A stretch of DNA of 34,598 nucleotides from Bdellovibrionota bacterium (GTDB lineage: Bacteria > Bdellovibrionota_C > UBA2361 > JBGSMV01), in the NCBI GenBank assembly GCA_041739995.1, contig JBGSMV010000072.1, positions 1-34,598 on the forward strand, read 5' to 3'. Of the stretch, positions 31,391-34,598 are shown in pieces. The position numbers were made by a program, and so were the translations under genes. Position 1 is the first letter of the stretch, and every line of letters starts with the position of its first letter. The notes under the pieces are model-generated. The model did no database searches. It was not told the DNA's origin and worked only from the letters and a program-made list of their open reading frames with translations.

Positions 31391-32293
31391 CTATTCCTCA
31401 ATAAAATAATCCGAATCAATCCGCTTCACGGAATAACTCGCGACATCCGCCACGCCCAATCCAAAGTCGATCATATAGTTAGCAAGTTGCTCGCCGTCGA
31501 TCAGAACGATCTTTGCTTCGACCTTACTAGCAAATTCGAGCGCCTCGGCGGAGAACCGAGACGAAGAAATGAATACTCCCTTCTTTGCGCGCTGGCCTTG
31601 CAGAGCGCCTGCAAACTTCTGAATTTCTGGGCGTGAAACAACCCCCTCCCAGCGCTGTGCCTGAATGTAGATAACATCGAGACCAAGGCGGTCTTCCTTG
31701 ATGATACCGTCGATGCCTTCGTCTCCAGACCTGCCGATGGCCTGGCCGGCGTCGAGTCGCGAGCCGCCGTAACCCATTTGTACTAGAAGGTCGACAACGA
31801 GTTTTTCAAAGCGCTCTGGAGACATTTCTTTAACCTTCGCTAGCAGCTCGTCCGCTAGAGCGCTGCGAATTGTGCGGTAGCTGCTTTCGAGCGTTTCTTC
31901 TGGCGTTTGATTGGACTCAATCTCTGGCTCGCTTACCGGTTGGTCGGATGTAGTAGATCTGTTCTGAAACTTTTTAAAGTCAGGGAATTGATGAAGGAAC
32001 TTCGTCCGAATGTCGGCATCGGTGCCAAGCGCTTCTTTGCCCTTCTGGGTAATCTTAACAAAGCCGCGTCGAGGCGATTCAACTAGCCCGGCCATTTTGA
32101 GGTACGTCTTGGCCCATCCTACGCGATTATCAAGCAACGACTGTGTGCCGGTGGGGATGCGCAGAGCGCGGTCCGCAGAGGTCAGCTTAAAACGTACAGC
32201 CATCGCCTCGTACATATCCTTAACAGCTAGCTCCTTCTCGTTTGAAAGGAGCGCAAGTAAGGGACGCATGAATGTTTGGTAGTCAGGGACCAT
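31391..32293 (-). CDS. mrr: Mrr family type IV restriction endonuclease (catalytic Lys appears replaced by Gln)
   Basis: Mrr_N (PDYQTFMRPLL...NRVGWAKTYLKMAGL) plus Mrr_cat (FEKLVVDLL..MGYG, GDEGIDGII, YIQAQR, LIDGEQLA). Confidence 0.93.
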   Translation of the reverse strand: MVPDYQTFMRPLLALLSNEKELAVKDMYEAMAVRFKLTSADRALRIPTGTQSLLDNRVGWAKTYLKMAGLVESPRRGFVKITQKGKEALGTDADIRTKFLHQFPDFKKFQNRSTTSDQPVSEPEIESNQTPEETLESSYRTIRSALADELLAKVKEMSPERFEKLVVDLLVQMGYGGSRLDAGQAIGRSGDEGIDGIIKEDRLGLDVIYIQAQRWEGVVSRPEIQKFAGALQGQRAKKGVFISSSRFSAEALEFASKVEAKIVLIDGEQLANYMIDFGLGVADVASYSVKRIDSDYFIEE

Positions 32294-32460
32294 GGGGGGA
32301 TTCTATCTCGATGAGTCCATCGTGAATATAGGCGGGTCGATCCAGCTCCCGTAAAAGCCCGATCCTTAAGAACCCCCCGCGCCACTGGAGAGCTTAGGAC
32401 CCGGGCCACTCTGGGGGAGCCGAAGGAGCGGGACGATCAGTAGCGGAGCTCTCTTCATAA

Positions 32461-32522
32461 ATGAATATGATAACCCCATGAATCTATGGAGTTATTAAAG
32501 TAGCCCGGCTTCGAATCGTAAA
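32461..32522 (+). repeat. repeat B, copy 2
   Basis: See 26784-26854. Confidence 0.85.
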
Positions 32523-32540
32523 TTGTGTCGTGAAGAGGTG

Positions 32541-32603
32541 GTGCAGATCGGGCGGGTCAGGGCGGCCGTCGGAAATGTTTCGGCCTTCGGAAATGTTGGC
32601 ATG
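32541..32603 (+). repeat. repeat D, a partial repeat A, and the left half of a repeat A interrupted by the IS
   Basis: gtgcagatcgggcgggtcagggcggcc resembles 34312-34338. It is followed by gtcggaaatgtt (partial A) and CTTCGGAAATGTTGGCATG (32585-32603), which is fused to the IS end. Confidence 0.9.
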
Positions 32604-32951
32604 TGTATGGTCCCGTCCTGTCAATCTCCTTGTGAGCGTTTGCCTGATGCCTCAGAGTAAAAGCAGGAGCGCTTGTGTATCCGGCTTCCGGAAGAGTGTC
32701 GTCTTCCTGAGCCATGATGGAATGCGCGACAACTCCAGACGACCTGATTGCACCACCGGCGTTTTCCGCCTCATACCAACGCAGGGTCCGCAGGAGTAGT
32801 TAAGCTACTTTCTTGCCATCAGCACCAATCTATTCAGTCCCACAAGGTTTGACGATATCTGTTACGCAGCAAGCTTTTCCTCCGTAATCGGAGATGGGCG
32901 AAACTGCTCATCGGGTTTCACCAGCAAGTGCCAAATTACCCGAGCGTTCTT
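32602..32951 (-). mobile_element. IS110-family (IS1111-type) remnant: transposase C-terminus, 3' non-coding region and right end
   Basis: Minus strand 32951-32862 encodes KNARVIWHLLVKPDEQFRPSPITEEKLAA*, the typical IS110 C-terminal KxARxxWxLL motif. About 260 bp of non-coding DNA follows and ends TTGACAGGACGGGACCATACA, with an outward-facing TTGACA at 32624-32619. Confidence 0.88.
32665..32825 (-). ncRNA. predicted IS1111-type bridge RNA (seekRNA); ends approximate
   Basis: Two stem-loops with internal loops. Target loop: CCUG-CGUUGGUAUGA-GGCG(GAAAA)CGCC-GGUGGUGCAAU-CAGG. Donor loop: CGC-GCAUUCCAUCAU-GGCU...AGCC-GGAUACACAA-GCG. The guide segments match the flanking target and the IS end. Confidence 0.8.
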
Positions 32952-32979
32952 TCGGAAATGTTGGCATGTACCAATGAGG
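32950..32979 (+). repeat. repeat A, intact copy at the IS truncation point
   Basis: tTTCGGAAATGTTGGCATGTACCAATGAGG directly abuts the transposase fragment. Confidence 0.95.
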
Positions 32980-33087
32980 TTACGAAAATCCTGGCCGGGG
33001 CTTGGAGTATGAGTGAATCGCTTTTAGGGGCAATTTAGAAATACCCTAAAAGCCCCTGAAATTTCTTGAAGTGTCCTAAACCGCCAA

Positions 33088-33543
33088 TTAAGCGGCTAGT
33101 TTTCGAGCATCCACCTCGACTTCAGTTGATCTTCCACTGTCCATGACGTTCTCGAGAAAGGTATATAGATCAACAAGTTCAGAACACTTGGAAGTTAGCT
33201 TATGTAGAACAAAAAGCCTGATATCCTTCTCGGTCGCCCAGTTTACATCAGTGGATTTATTCTTCATGTTTTCCCACTTCATAACAGCAGGGTGAGTCAC
33301 TCCGAATCTTTTCGCGAACTGCTGAAGGGTCATCTCGAAATGTTGCCTGATAAAACGGACTTCACTGCCAGTGAGTTTACTATTTTTTTCGCAGAGCTCC
33401 TTCAGAACAACTTCAGCAAGCAAATTATAATTGATTGCTGGAGTCCATTTGCCCCTGATTCTTGTCATGGGAACATTCAGAAGCTTGACTGGAAAACCAA
33501 ATCCAAGATCAATGTGAGATCTCTTAAATTTTTGTTCCATCAT
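33088..33543 (-). CDS. Xre-type HTH protein, MqsA-like antitoxin
   Basis: LTGSEVRFIRQHFEMTLQQFAKRFGVTHPAVMKWE HTH. Start overlaps the upstream gene stop (ATGA). Confidence 0.8.
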   Translation of the reverse strand: MMEQKFKRSHIDLGFGFPVKLLNVPMTRIRGKWTPAINYNLLAEVVLKELCEKNSKLTGSEVRFIRQHFEMTLQQFAKRFGVTHPAVMKWENMKNKSTDVNWATEKDIRLFVLHKLTSKCSELVDLYTFLENVMDSGRSTEVEVDARKLAA

Positions 33544-33848
33544 CTTTGCTCCAATTCAATAGCCGTAATGATCAGCATGTTATTTTCATCAAACGAGATG
33601 ATTACTCGAACATCTCGCTTATCAACCGTCTTGCCCCTAATGGCGTAGTTCCAGGCTTTATATCGATCTTGATACTGATCTTTACTTTTCTCATGTCTTC
33701 CATTCTTCAATACATAGAGAATTTCGGGTCTATGAATCATTCTCTCCGATTGCCTATCTGTCGCATGCCTCGTATCAAGATAAAGTCCATGGTCTATACA
33801 GTGCCGCACTCGTTCAAGGACGTTTGGTATTTTTTCTCTCTTGAACAC
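33540..33848 (-). CDS. DUF4258-like putative TA toxin (RelE-like fold)
   Basis: TRHATDRQSER.I...EILYVLKNG, YAIRGKTVD.RDVRVIISF and IITAI. Translationally coupled to the HTH gene. Confidence 0.75.
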   Translation of the reverse strand: MFKREKIPNVLERVRHCIDHGLYLDTRHATDRQSERMIHRPEILYVLKNGRHEKSKDQYQDRYKAWNYAIRGKTVDKRDVRVIISFDENNMLIITAIELEQR

Positions 33849-33856
33849 GCATTGTA

Positions 33857-33885
33857 ATTGTAACTGAGTTACAATGAGGTTTCAA
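33857..33885 (-). promoter_or_regulatory. sigma70-like promoter overlapped by a palindromic operator
   Basis: Minus strand TTGAAA (33885-33880)-N17-TACAAT (33862-33857). Perfect inverted repeat ATTGTAACT-G-AGTTACAAT at 33857-33875. Confidence 0.75.
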
Positions 33886-34206
33886 GCAACTTTTTTGCTG
33901 GACAACACGCGGACGTAAGAGATTACGAAAAAATTTGCACAGGAATCCATATAACTAGCTGAGCTTATTAATAATTGCCAGGCTACTAGCTGACGGCGCA
34001 CGACTGTCCGGTTAGCTAGCAAGTGCCAATCTTCATGCACGTCAGATAGTTACGTGACTGGCCCGGCTCGGAGGAAACTTTTCGTGCGCCCCGCCGATAA
34101 GACCGACTCCTGGCCCAAAAATAAACGGAGAATTATCACCAATGAAGTCAGCATCAGAAACAATTCGAACAACCCCCCTACTGGTCGGCCTCTACCATGA
34201 AGTGGC

Positions 34207-34367
34207 CTTCGGAAATGTTGGCATGTACCAATGAGGCTACATAAAGGGGCTCAACAAACAGGTAGAAGATATAAGCGAGGCTTCGAAATGTTGGCATGTA
34301 CCAATGAGGCTGTGCTGATCGGGCGGGTCAGAGAGGCCTTCGGAAATGTTGGCATGTACCAATGAGG
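34207..34367 (+). repeat. three tandem copies of repeat A with 44- and 28-bp spacers
   Basis: Copies at 34207-34236, 34281-34309 (one G missing) and 34338-34367. The second spacer contains repeat D. Confidence 0.95.
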
Positions 34368-34370
34368 CTA

Positions 34371-34598
34371 ACGCGCCCGCACGGGGCGCGACCCCCCGCC
34401 TTTTGCTGCTCCGCTTGAAGGTAGAGTTTCAATCCACGCGCCCGCACGGGGCGCGACAGGAAACCTCGCCGACATCAAATGGGTTTATAGTGTTTCAATC
34501 CACGCGCCCGCACGGGGCGCGACTTGCTTGTGTTGGGGACTTATTGACGCAGCAGCAGGTTTCAATCCACGCGCCCGCACGGGGCGCGACTCACGACA
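34371..34598 (-). CRISPR. type I-C-like CRISPR array, probable trailer end (continues beyond the window)
   Basis: 32-bp repeat GTCGCGCCCCGTGCGGGCGCGTGGATTGAAAC (minus strand) at 34426-34457, 34492-34523 and 34559-34590, plus a truncated copy at 34371-34392. Spacers are 33, 34 and 35 bp. No cas genes in the window. Confidence 0.96.

Noticed and set aside
32530..32799. 89-aa plus-strand ORF
   Set aside because: It spans repeats and the antisense strand of the IS non-coding region and has no protein features.
506..33857. Many short ORFs overlapping the called genes in other frames or strands
   Set aside because: Shadow ORFs of well-supported genes with no motifs.
33940..33990. Possible third copy of repeat B (gagcttattaataattgccaggct), and an inverted B-like stretch at about 32980-33002
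   Set aside because: Similarity is short and gapped in AT-rich DNA and cannot be supported without alignment statistics.
24778..34367. Classical integron (intI/attI/attC)
   Set aside because: The recombinase lacks the IntI-specific insertion before HxxR, and I found no convincing RYYYAAC...GTTRRRY attC hairpins after the cargo genes.
34393..34558. CRISPR spacers targeting this window
   Set aside because: No match noticed by eye; a BLASTN search would be needed to exclude it.

Overview
Bacterial chromosomal window in two parts. Bases 1-24.6 kb are core-like: sucA, valS, a DEDDh exonuclease, a KamA radical-SAM/ATP-grasp/GNAT/ATP-grasp cluster, two hypothetical proteins and a cbb3-type oxidase locus (ccoS, ccoI, membrane accessory gene, fused ccoNO, ccoQ, ccoP, ccoG, fixH). 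Bases 24.7-34.6 kb are accessory: a tyrosine recombinase followed by minus-strand cargo (higBA, a 1404-aa secreted hydrolase/toxin-like protein, mrr, an IS110/IS1111 remnant, a DUF4258/HTH TA-like pair) and the trailer end of a type I-C-like CRISPR array. The main discovery is a 30-bp direct repeat, CTTCGGAAATGTTGGCATGTACCAATGAGG (six near-complete copies plus two partial). It has an 11-6-11 recombinase-site-like layout and sits at the junctions between cargo pieces. The IS1111 remnant is inserted in the centre of one copy, and its predicted bridge-RNA guide segments match both this repeat and the IS end. All calls come from motif recognition by eye; no searches were run.
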